Below are positions 15,911 through 24,058 of a DNA stretch of 24,058 bases, piece after piece. The stretch covers positions 1-24,058 of the forward strand of contig JBBITJ010000010.1 of assembly GCA_037440825.1 (NCBI GenBank), given 5' to 3'. The notes under the pieces were generated by a model. The model ran no database searches. It had not been told where the DNA came from and saw only the letters and a list, made by a program, of their open reading frames with translations. The position numbers were made by a program, and so were the translations under genes. This DNA is from Candidatus Micrarchaeota archaeon. GTDB taxonomy: Archaea > Micrarchaeota > Micrarchaeia > Anstonellales > Bilamarchaeaceae. Each line of letters opens with the position of its first letter. Position 1 is the stretch's first letter.

Positions 15911-16911
15911 GGCCTGAGCGCCTCGGAATATATCTCTGCCACTCGTGCGGAAATCCGCTTCCACGAGTATTTCTCCATCCTGCCCCTGGCCTCTTTCATC
16001 TCCGCGAGCAAACTCACCTTCTCCAGCTCTTCTATTTTCTCCCCAATCTTTCCGTTGAGCAGGAATTTCTCCGGCTTGGGAAAAAGGTCCGCGAGCACCT
16101 TTCCTACCTCCCCTACAGGAGTGGAGATGAAAGGGATTCCGCACGCGATGGATTCGAGCATCATCAACGGGAAGCCCTCATACCTTGAAGGGAGCACCAC
16201 GTACCTGCATCTCGCGTACACGGCAGGCATCTCCTCATACCCCACTTCGAGGAAAGAAGCGCTCCTTCCGCGCCTTTTTGCCTCTTCCTCGAGGTTCTTC
16301 CTGTTCCCGTCCTCGTCAGGGCCTACGAACAGCAGCGGGTATTTTTCGCACTCGAACATGCGGAAAATCCCCTTGTCGGAGTCCAGCCTGCCAACGTAGC
16401 ACACTTCCTTGTTCTGGCTGTAATCAGCAGCTGGCTTGAACAGCTCCAAATCCACTCCGTTCGGTATGTATTCTATTTCCTTGCGCGTCTCTTTCCTGAG
16501 CAGCGGGAGTATGTCATTTGAAACAGAAATTATCCTCTTCGCTTTCCAGAATATGAGCGGAGCCATCAGGTATCGGTAAACGTAGTACAGCAGCCTTCTC
16601 GCGCCGCTTATCCTGGGGTATCCGTGTATGGTCCAGATGAGCGGCTTATTTTTCAGGATGGCGGCAACCGCTCCGAAATAGGAGAAGAAATTCCCGTATC
16701 CGTGTACATGGATAAGATCGCATTCCGCGCGCAGCGCCCTGAAGAATTCGAGGAACGGCATTTTCAGGGAAGAAAAGAACGGAAGTGAGCCCCCTGTGCC
16801 GCTTATCACCTGCGCCTCCACGCCCTGAGGGCAATTGGAGACAAGGTTGCGCACGTGTATTGATATTCCGTTGCGCTCTCCGTACGTATGGACGAATTGC
16901 AGCACCTTCAT
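15907..16911 (-). CDS. GT4-family glycosyltransferase
   Basis: DLIHVHG, IWTIHG, IPNGVD, YVGRLDSDKG, VLPSRYEGFPLMMLESIACGIP (EX7E). Confidence 0.92.
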   Translation of the reverse strand: MKVLQFVHTYGERNGISIHVRNLVSNCPQGVEAQVISGTGGSLPFFSSLKMPFLEFFRALRAECDLIHVHGYGNFFSYFGAVAAILKNKPLIWTIHGYPRISGARRLLYYVYRYLMAPLIFWKAKRIISVSNDILPLLRKETRKEIEYIPNGVDLELFKPAADYSQNKEVCYVGRLDSDKGIFRMFECEKYPLLFVGPDEDGNRKNLEEEAKRRGRSASFLEVGYEEMPAVYARCRYVVLPSRYEGFPLMMLESIACGIPFISTPVGEVGKVLADLFPKPEKFLLNGKIGEKIEELEKVSLLAEMKEARGRMEKYSWKRISARVAEIYSEALRP

Positions 16912-16995
16912 CTAATCAGCGTTTTATACTCTCCGAAGCAGTTTTAAACCTCATTCCCCTAGCTTATACGTCTAATTCCAGCACTTTGTGATCAC

Positions 16996-18006
16996 ATGAG
17001 CGGAACAATAAAATGCAGGGCTCCCATGCGCATAAGCTTTGCAGGCGGAGGCACGGACGTCTCGCCGTTCTGCGACGAGTACGGAGGAGCGGTGATAAAC
17101 ACCGCAATCGCCCGCTATTCGTACGTGACTCTGAACCGGAAGGAGAACGGCATAGCCGTAAAATCCCTGGACTACATAACCGGGCTCCACTACGACGGAG
17201 TGAAGGAGCTGCTCAACGACCACAGGACAGACATGCTCACCGCGACGCTGAAGAACTACCTGCGCTCGGACAGGGGCTACGACATCTCGTTTTTCCTCGA
17301 CGTCCCGCCGCGCTCCGGGCTGGGCTCCTCGGCATCAGCGTTCGTTGCCCTGCTCACAGCGATAAACCAGGCCGAAGGGCTGGGGATGACCAAGAAGAAG
17401 ATCGCGGAGGAGGCGTGGCGCCTCGAGCGCGAGGAGCTGAGGAACATAGGCGGCAAGCAGGACCAGTACGCGTCCGCGTTCGGAGGCATCAACTTTATCG
17501 AATTCTCAAAAGATGGCGTGGATATAAGCCCCCTTAGGGTCGACGACAAGACCGCGCTCGAGCTGGAGAGCAGGACGCTCATATTCTACTACAAGCCGCG
17601 CGGCTCTTCAGGGGAGATCCTGGAGAAGCAGATAACCAACGTGAAGGAGAAGAAAAAAGACACTTTGGACGCACTCATACGCAGCCGCGAGATCGCGAAG
17701 GAGATGAAGAGGCACATGCTCAACGGGGACATAAATTCCATAGGAACGCTGCTCCACGAAGGATGGGAGCAGAAGAAGAAATTCTCCTCAGCCATTACAT
17801 CCTCGGAAATAGACCGGCTCTACTCATCCCTGCGCGAGAAAGGCGCGGTAGGGGGCAAGATAAGCGGCGCAGGCGGCGGAGGGTTCATGTTCGTGCTCTG
17901 CGAAGAGAATAAGACCATAGACGTTTACCACCACCTAGTGAACGCAGGCTACAACCCGGCATTCCTCAAGGTGGATCTCAAGGGGGTTGTGACATGGTCG
18001 ACCTGA
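16996..18006 (+). CDS. hddA: D-glycero-alpha-D-manno-heptose-7-phosphate kinase (GHMP family)
   Basis: RAPMRISFAGGGTDV, PPRSGLGSSAS, GGKQDQYASAFGGIN.IEF, GGKISGAGGGGF. Confidence 0.9.
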   Translation: MSGTIKCRAPMRISFAGGGTDVSPFCDEYGGAVINTAIARYSYVTLNRKENGIAVKSLDYITGLHYDGVKELLNDHRTDMLTATLKNYLRSDRGYDISFFLDVPPRSGLGSSASAFVALLTAINQAEGLGMTKKKIAEEAWRLEREELRNIGGKQDQYASAFGGINFIEFSKDGVDISPLRVDDKTALELESRTLIFYYKPRGSSGEILEKQITNVKEKKKDTLDALIRSREIAKEMKRHMLNGDINSIGTLLHEGWEQKKKFSSAITSSEIDRLYSSLREKGAVGGKISGAGGGGFMFVLCEENKTIDVYHHLVNAGYNPAFLKVDLKGVVTWST

Positions 18007-18560
18007 ATGCTTCGAGGAAGGCGCTTTCCAAAGCGCTAGCCACAGTGGACGGAAAGAAAGTGGCGCAGTGCGCTGAAGCGATGATTTCAGCGCTCAGGAA
18101 GGGCAGGAAGATACTGGTTGCGGGCAACGGAGGAAGCGCAGCAGATGCGCAGCACCTCGTAGCCGAGCTGGTGTGCACGTTCGAGAACCGAAACAGGAAA
18201 CCCCTCCGGGCAATCGCGCTCACAACTAATTCAAGCATAATGACCGCCTGGTCCAACGATTTCTCCTACGATTCAGCGTTCGAGAGGCAGGTCGCTGCCC
18301 TCGGGGAGAAAGGCGACGTCCTTGTTTCCATAACCACGAGCGGCAATTCCAAGAATGTGCTCATGGCGATGAAGAAAGCAAAGGAACTCGGCATCACGAA
18401 CCTGCTGCTTTCCGGAAAGGGCGGAGGCGAGGCGGCCAAGCTCGCGGACATCTCGATAATAGTGGGCTCATCCAGCACTCCGCGCATACAGGAATGCCAC
18501 GTGTTCGCGATACACGAGATGTGCTCGATCGTGGATGGTGTGTTCTCCGATGAAAAATAA
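17994..18560 (+). CDS. gmhA: Sedoheptulose-7-phosphate isomerase
   Basis: GNGGSAADAQH, ALTTNSS.MTAWSND, FERQV, ITTSGNSKNV, TPRIQECH...IH. Confidence 0.95.
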   Translation: MVDLNASRKALSKALATVDGKKVAQCAEAMISALRKGRKILVAGNGGSAADAQHLVAELVCTFENRNRKPLRAIALTTNSSIMTAWSNDFSYDSAFERQVAALGEKGDVLVSITTSGNSKNVLMAMKKAKELGITNLLLSGKGGGEAAKLADISIIVGSSSTPRIQECHVFAIHEMCSIVDGVFSDEK

Positions 18561-19014
18561 GGCGCTTTTCCTGGACAGGGACGGCACCGTAATAGAGCAC
18601 GTCCATTACATAAACGACCCGGAGAAAGTGCGTTTGCGCAAATCCGTAGTGGAGAAGATGAAGGAATTCCAGAAAGCCGGCTACCTCCTCATACTCATAA
18701 CCAACCAGTCAGGTATAGCGCGCAAGCTCATCACGCAGGAGCAGTACGAGGCGGTCACAGGAAGGATGCTCGGTCTGCTGGAGAAAGAAGGCGTGCGCCT
18801 TGACGGCATATTCATGTGCCCTTCCCATCCTGATGAGAACGATTTCAGACGCAAGCCGAATCCGGGGATGATCTTGGAAGCAGCGCACGAGCACGACGTG
18901 GACCTCGCAAGCTCGCTCATGGTGGGCGACGACGAGAAGGACATCGAAGCCGGCAAGCGCGCAGGCGTGGGAAGGTCCATGCACGTGCGCGATTTCCTGC
19001 GCGCATCTCCCTAG
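18550..19014 (+). CDS. gmhB: D,D-heptose-1,7-bisphosphate phosphatase (HAD IIIA)
   Basis: FLDRDGT, ITNQSGI, CPSHP, RKPNPGM, MVGDDEKDIEAG; ATG 18550. Confidence 0.92.
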   Translation: MKNKALFLDRDGTVIEHVHYINDPEKVRLRKSVVEKMKEFQKAGYLLILITNQSGIARKLITQEQYEAVTGRMLGLLEKEGVRLDGIFMCPSHPDENDFRRKPNPGMILEAAHEHDVDLASSLMVGDDEKDIEAGKRAGVGRSMHVRDFLRASP

Positions 19015-19053
19015 TTTTATTAAATTTCCCGGAGATGGATAAAAGGCATCATT

Positions 19054-20823
19054 ATGAAATTAGGACTCGAGATACACCAGAGACTGAACACAGGCAAGCT
19101 CTTCTGCGACTGCCCAAACGAGGAAGGCAGGGGCGAGCCCAAGCGCGTGGTGCGCATGCTCCATCCTGTTTACAGCGAGATGGGCGAAGTTGACAGGGCG
19201 GCGCAGGAAGCGGCGCAGCGCGAGCAGGTGTTCGAATACCTCTATTATGAAAACTGCAACTGCCTCGTGGAGCTGGACGAGGAACCCCCTCATCCGATGA
19301 GGGAGGAGGCGCTCAGGATAGGGCTGGAAATAGCGCACCATCTCAAATCCAAGCCTGTGAGCGAAGTGCACACTATGCGCAAGATCGTGATAGACGGAAG
19401 CAACACTTCTGGTTTCCAGCGCACTGCAGTAATCTCATTGGGAGGAAAGATAGAAAGCCCGAAAGGCGACGTGCGCATATCCACAGTCGCGGTGGAGGAG
19501 GAGAGCGCAGGAATCGTGGAGAAGAAAGACGACCGTTCCATCTATTCCCTTGACCGCCTCGGCGTGCCTCTGGTGGAAATAGGCACGGAGCCAGACATAA
19601 AGGATCCGGAGCACCTCAGGGAAATCGCGGAGAAGTTGGGGCTAATCCTGCGCGCAACAGGAAAAGTGATGCGTGGGCTGGGAACAATAAGGCAGGACGT
19701 GAACGTGAGCATAGAAGGAGGCGCGCGCGTGGAGATAAAGGGCGCGCAGAACCTCAAGACCATTTCTCTGCTCGCAGAGAACGAGGCGAAGAGGCAGGAG
19801 AACCTCCTTTCGATAATTTCTGAAATCAAGCGCCGCCTCGGCGGAAAAATCCAGCTCAAGGGCGCGATTTCCGACCTAACTCCGGTCTTTTCCAGCACAT
19901 CTGCCAAAATGATAAAATCCGGGCTGGAGTCCGGCCAGCGCATTTTGGGAATGAAGCTGGAAAAGCACGCAGGGCTTATTGGAAAAGAGATCAACCCGAA
20001 CAGGCGCTACGGCACCGAGCTTTCCGATTACGCGAAGACCGCTGGAGTGAAAGGGATAATCCACAGCGACGAGGACATGAAGAAATACGGCATTTCAGAA
20101 CCGGAGGTTGCCGCGCTCCATAAGCTCCTTTCTATGGAAAAAGACGACGCGTTCGTGCTCGTAATCGCAAAAGAGGCGGTTGCGAGAAAGGCTCTCGAAA
20201 AGGTCCTGGAAAGGGCGCGGATGGATTACATCCCCAAGGAGACGAGGAAGGCGAACGAGGACGGCACAAGCTCGTACATGCGCCCGCTTCCAGGCAAGGC
20301 GCGGCTCTACCCTGAAACAGACATCCCTCCGGTGCGCATAACTCCTGAGTTGATGAAATCCGTCGCAGAAGGTGCGTCAGAAGGGTTGGAAGCAAAGAGG
20401 GAGAAGCTGCTTAAGCTCCTCAACAAGGACATGGCTGAAAGGGTGCTCAGGTCCAGGAACCTCGCGCTTTTCGAGAAGCTGGTTGCGGAAGGGATAGAAC
20501 CCATGCTCGCGGCTTCAACTTTGGAAGACACGCTGGTGATGCTCAGGCGCGAAGGCGTGGAGCCCAAGGAAGGGGATATCATCGCTCTTTTTACCGCATA
20601 TAGGAAAGGCGAGTTCGTGAAAGCCGCCATTCCCGACCTTCTTAGGGAAATGTGCGCAGGCAAGAGCGCGGAGCAGGCGCTCGATTCCAGGCAATTGAGG
20701 AAAATAAGCGGAGCGGAGCTGAAGAAAATAGCGCAGGAGCACGGCAACAACTTCGCGGCGATAATGGCGAAATACCGCCTGCGCGTGGACGCCAAGGAGC
20801 TCGGCGAAGCGATAAAATCATGA
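19054..20823 (+). CDS. gatE: Glu-tRNA(Gln) amidotransferase subunit E
   Basis: GLEIHQ, KLFC.C, CLVELDEEPPH, MRKIVIDGSNTSGFQRT, DRLGVPLVEIGT, RGLGTIRQDVNVSI, AspRS-like insertion (GIIHSDE), RPLPGKARLYPETDIP. Confidence 0.97.
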   Translation: MKLGLEIHQRLNTGKLFCDCPNEEGRGEPKRVVRMLHPVYSEMGEVDRAAQEAAQREQVFEYLYYENCNCLVELDEEPPHPMREEALRIGLEIAHHLKSKPVSEVHTMRKIVIDGSNTSGFQRTAVISLGGKIESPKGDVRISTVAVEEESAGIVEKKDDRSIYSLDRLGVPLVEIGTEPDIKDPEHLREIAEKLGLILRATGKVMRGLGTIRQDVNVSIEGGARVEIKGAQNLKTISLLAENEAKRQENLLSIISEIKRRLGGKIQLKGAISDLTPVFSSTSAKMIKSGLESGQRILGMKLEKHAGLIGKEINPNRRYGTELSDYAKTAGVKGIIHSDEDMKKYGISEPEVAALHKLLSMEKDDAFVLVIAKEAVARKALEKVLERARMDYIPKETRKANEDGTSSYMRPLPGKARLYPETDIPPVRITPELMKSVAEGASEGLEAKREKLLKLLNKDMAERVLRSRNLALFEKLVAEGIEPMLAASTLEDTLVMLRREGVEPKEGDIIALFTAYRKGEFVKAAIPDLLREMCAGKSAEQALDSRQLRKISGAELKKIAQEHGNNFAAIMAKYRLRVDAKELGEAIKS

Positions 20824-20835
20824 TTTCCTGATTCC

Positions 20836-21753
20836 ATGGAAAAGATCGTAATCACGGGCGGACTCGGATTCATAGGTTCGCACATCTCGGAGCATTTCTG
20901 CTCGAAGGGATTCGAAGTTTCCGTGTTGGACAGCTCCAAAAGCGACGCTAACATCCTCACATTCAAGAAAGACGTGCAAATAGCCCGCGCATCCATAACC
21001 GACTACGAGAAAGTGCGCTCCGCGCTCAGGGACGCGCGCCTCGTCTTCCACGAGGCAGCGATAACCTCGGTTCCTTTCAGCATAGAGAACCCTGAACTCA
21101 CCCGCAAGGTGAATGTGGAAGGCACCAGGAACGTGCTCAAGGCCGCATCCGAATGCGGAGTTTCCCGCGTAATTCTAGCATCATCTTCCGCAATCTACGG
21201 GAATAACATGCCTCCGCTCAGGGAAAGCATGAAGCCGGATCCGCTCAGCCCCTATGCGCAGAGCAAGGTGGAGAATGAGAAGGCCGCGCTCGCTGCTTAT
21301 GAAAAGAACGGGCTCGAAACCGTCTCCCTCCGCTACTTCAACGTGTACGGCCCGAGGCAGGATCCGTCATCCCAATATGCGGCAGTGATTCCCCGCTTCA
21401 TCTCAGCGCTCAAGTCAGGGAGGCGCCCGGTAATCTATGGGGACGGAAGCCAGACGCGCGATTTCATCTACGTGAAGGACGTGGTTGAGGCGAATGTGCT
21501 CGCGTCCAGGGCAGGCAAATCCGCCTTGGGGAAAACGTTCAACATCGCGACAGGCAAGCCCGTTTCAATCAGTTCCCTGCTGGAGAAAATATCTTCAGTC
21601 CTTGGGAAGCCTGCGGATGCGGAATTCGCCCCAGCGCGCAAAGGGGACATACTCCATTCTTACGCCGACATATCTCTTGCGAAGAAAGCGCTGGGCTTCC
21701 AGCCTGCCTGGGATTTGGAAAGCGGGCTCAATGAAGCTTGCAGGTCGTTCTAG
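20836..21753 (+). CDS. Extended SDR, UDP-Glc/GlcNAc 4-epimerase-like
   Basis: TGGLGFIGSH, FHEAAITSVP.SI, ASSSAIYG, PLSPYAQSK, LRYFNVYGPRQDP.S.YAAVIP, GDGSQTRDF. Confidence 0.9.
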   Translation: MEKIVITGGLGFIGSHISEHFCSKGFEVSVLDSSKSDANILTFKKDVQIARASITDYEKVRSALRDARLVFHEAAITSVPFSIENPELTRKVNVEGTRNVLKAASECGVSRVILASSSAIYGNNMPPLRESMKPDPLSPYAQSKVENEKAALAAYEKNGLETVSLRYFNVYGPRQDPSSQYAAVIPRFISALKSGRRPVIYGDGSQTRDFIYVKDVVEANVLASRAGKSALGKTFNIATGKPVSISSLLEKISSVLGKPADAEFAPARKGDILHSYADISLAKKALGFQPAWDLESGLNEACRSF

Positions 21754-21757
21754 CAGT

Positions 21758-22648
21758 TTAGTGGTGGAAGAATATCGCGACTTCTGCGAGCATTATCGCA
21801 ATCCCGTTCACTATCCCGGAAGTCACTTCGTTGGTCTTTTTCACTCCAAGCGCCTCCACGACCGCGAAATTGGTGAGCGCGGGCGACATGACCGAAGCCA
21901 CGAGCGCGAGATTGCCCAGTTCGGCATCCGGCCTCAGGACCGCTATCGCGGCGAACGTCGCAGCAGGGAAAACCAGGTGCTTGAACGCCATGATGAGTGC
22001 GAATTCCTTGCCCAGCGCGACCTTGAATTCCCCTGCTATGAAAATGCCTATCGCTATGAGCGAAAGCGGGGTGGTCATGGAGGAAAGCGGACCCAGTATG
22101 TCCTTTGCAGGCTCGGGGCTCACCTTGGCGAGCATGAGCGCGAACACTATCGCTACTGAGATCAGTACTGGGTTCAGCGCTATCTTGGAAACTATCTTTC
22201 CGGCGTCCAGCTTCTTCTTCCTCCAGAATTGCACGAGGGGCAGCAGGATGCCGAACACTACTATGTTCGTGGCGACTATGACCATAGCCATCGTGTCCAG
22301 CGTGTCCGGGAACACGGACTGGCTCACCGGGACCCCTAAATATATGACATTTCCGAATGTTGACGATATGGCTATTGCCACGAAGCAGTCATTGTCTATT
22401 TTTTTGGCCGCAAGCAACGCATACGCGAGCCCTGCGACCAACGCAGTCGGAATCAGGACCAGCAGGAAAGCGTCCCGCAGCGCGCCCAGATCGGCGACGC
22501 TGTCCGCCTTGAGTATTATGGCCGCTGGCAGACACACGTAGAACACGAAATTCGCTATTGTCCTGTAGCCTTCGGTCTTGACGAATCCCGCCTTGTTTAC
22601 GGCCGCGCCGATAGCTAGGAATACGATTATCAGGAGTACGGGTTCCAT
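21758..22648 (-). CDS. AEC (auxin efflux carrier/malate permease) family transporter
   Basis: About 10 hydrophobic segments; FVFYVCLPA, FGNVIYLGVP, NPVLIS, TTPLSLIAIG, MSPA. Confidence 0.85.
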   Translation of the reverse strand: MEPVLLIIVFLAIGAAVNKAGFVKTEGYRTIANFVFYVCLPAAIILKADSVADLGALRDAFLLVLIPTALVAGLAYALLAAKKIDNDCFVAIAISSTFGNVIYLGVPVSQSVFPDTLDTMAMVIVATNIVVFGILLPLVQFWRKKKLDAGKIVSKIALNPVLISVAIVFALMLAKVSPEPAKDILGPLSSMTTPLSLIAIGIFIAGEFKVALGKEFALIMAFKHLVFPAATFAAIAVLRPDAELGNLALVASVMSPALTNFAVVEALGVKKTNEVTSGIVNGIAIMLAEVAIFFHH

Positions 22649-22658
22649 CGCAATTGCC

Positions 22659-23987
22659 TCAATCCTTCAGCGCCCTCTCCACTAACTTCTCCGCCTCGCC
22701 TATGTACGTCCCGTAGTCAAAAAGTGCGTCTATCTCTTTTTTCTGGAATTTCTTCCCTGCCTCGCTGGTCGCGAACAGCTCCTTGAGGTGCTTCCCTTCC
22801 CGGAAAGCCTTCTGGCTGAGCTCGCGCACGAACTCGTGCGCCTCCTGCCTTCCCATCAGTCCCTTCTCGGTAATCTCGATCATGAGCCTCTCGGCCATTA
22901 TAAGCCCGTGGGTGAGCTCCAGGTTTGCGCTTATCCTCTGAGGGAAGAATTCCAGCCCCTTCAATATCGCGGTAATCTCTTTTATCATGTAGTCCAGCAC
23001 TATGAAGCTCTCGGAAAACAGGAACCTCTCGTTCGCCGAATTCGTCAAATCACGCTCGTGCTCCAGTGCTACGTTCTCCAGCGCCACCTGCACGTTCGCC
23101 CTCACCAGCCTCGCAAGGCTGCACACGCGCTCGCTCTTGTGCGGGTTCCTCTTGTGCGGCATAGTGGATGAGCCCACCTGCTTGGAAGCGAAAGGCTCTC
23201 CCACCTCGCCTATCTCCGTCCTCTGCAAGTTCCGTATCTCCTTGGCTATCTTCTCGACTCCCGCTGCGGTGAGAGCCAGCACCTGCAGCACTTCCGCGTG
23301 CCTGTCCCTCTGCACCACCTGCGTCGCAACCGGAGCAGGAGAAAGTCCCAAATCGTCCATCACCATCTTTTCTATCTGGATTCCCTGGCCCTTGAACGTG
23401 GCCATGGTTCCCACAGCGCCGCTCATCTTCCCCACGAGGATGCGCTTCTTGGCCTCCGCGAGGCGCTCCAGGTTTCGTCCAGCCTCCTGATAATATATTG
23501 CGAATTTCATTCCGTAAGTGGTGGGCGTGGCGTGCTGGCCGTGCGTTCTCCCTATGCAGATGGTTTTCTTGTGCTTCTGCGCGAGGTCCTTCAGGACTGC
23601 CCGCAGTTCCGCGAGCCTCTTCTCGATCTGCCCTATCGCGTCCCTGAAAATGAGCGCTGTTGCCGTGTCTTCTATATCATAACTCGTGGATCCGAGGTGG
23701 ATGTACGCTCCCGCGTCTCCGGCCTGCTCGCTCATCGCCTTCACCATGGCCATGAGGTCGTGGTGTATTTCCTTCTCTATCTCCTGCACCCTCTCCAATT
23801 CGACTTTCCCCTTTGCCGCCTCTATCTTCTTGACTGCGTCTTTGGGGATGTTGCCGAGCTTGGCGTGCGCCCTCGCGAGCGCTATCTCTACGTCCATCCA
23901 GCGATCCAGCTTCGCCTTCTCGGTGAAGATTTCGCTCATCTCGGTTCTGTACCTTCCGTCAAGTGGAGAAACCAGATCCATAATCAT
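22659..23987 (-). CDS. purB: Adenylosuccinate lyase
   Basis: SPLDGRY, HHDLMA, IHLGSTSYD, GRTHGQHA, SGAVGT, signature GSSTMPHKRNP, HERDLTNS. Confidence 0.96.
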   Translation of the reverse strand: MIMDLVSPLDGRYRTEMSEIFTEKAKLDRWMDVEIALARAHAKLGNIPKDAVKKIEAAKGKVELERVQEIEKEIHHDLMAMVKAMSEQAGDAGAYIHLGSTSYDIEDTATALIFRDAIGQIEKRLAELRAVLKDLAQKHKKTICIGRTHGQHATPTTYGMKFAIYYQEAGRNLERLAEAKKRILVGKMSGAVGTMATFKGQGIQIEKMVMDDLGLSPAPVATQVVQRDRHAEVLQVLALTAAGVEKIAKEIRNLQRTEIGEVGEPFASKQVGSSTMPHKRNPHKSERVCSLARLVRANVQVALENVALEHERDLTNSANERFLFSESFIVLDYMIKEITAILKGLEFFPQRISANLELTHGLIMAERLMIEITEKGLMGRQEAHEFVRELSQKAFREGKHLKELFATSEAGKKFQKKEIDALFDYGTYIGEAEKLVERALKD

Positions 23988-24023
23988 CCCGATTCCTCTA
24001 TCGGAAACGGGATTTTAATAGAT

Positions 24024-24058
24024 TCACTTTGCCAGCCCGTAGAGGTGGAACTTGCGCT
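24024..24058 (-). CDS. Possible 3' end of an upstream minus-strand gene (..RKFHLYGLAK*)
   Basis: Short reading frame ending at TGA 24026-24024, just before the AT-rich purB promoter region; too short to identify. Confidence 0.3.
   Translation of the reverse strand, partial: RKFHLYGLAK

Noticed and set aside
23986..24013. Hairpin ATCCCG.TTCC/GGAA.CGGGAT over the purB start as a purine riboswitch or attenuator
   Set aside because: The likely TATA (minus-strand TATTAAAA, 24020-24013) puts the TSS near the start codon, so the 5' arm would not be transcribed. There is no resemblance to known purine aptamers. It could still be an operator but is unsupported.

Overview
Gene-dense archaeal chromosomal segment, most likely DPANN. 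Micrarchaeota is an inference from the split, divergent RNAP A'/A'', GatE and a D-loop tRNA intron. Left: the end of the RNA polymerase operon (rpoA1 partial, rpoA2, rpl30e with a long charged N-terminal extension, nusA), then tRNA-Gly(GCC) with a non-canonical D-loop intron, tRNA-Pro(TGG) and a geranylgeranyl-reductase-family gene. About 6.0-8.7 kb: a compact KaiC-type signalling module made of one KaiC-like ATPase, two Walker-A-less KaiC-like domains and two paralogous 3-TM proteins; the ATPase and the TM operon share a palindromic bidirectional TATA box. About 8.7-21.8 kb: a surface-glycosylation region around tRNA-Val(CAC). It encodes a complete GDP-D-glycero-alpha-D-manno-heptose pathway (GmhA, HddA, GmhB, HddC), a Campylobacter Cj1427-like heptose C4-dehydrogenase, an Fcl-like epimerase/reductase, a methyltransferase, three glycosyltransferases and further SDRs, with gatE embedded. 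Right: an AEC-family transporter and purB. A degenerate heptamer repeat (GTTTCCG/CGGAAAC) lies downstream of all three tRNAs and in frame inside two proteins. No mobile element or CRISPR array was seen. All protein calls come from recognising motifs by eye, not from database searches.
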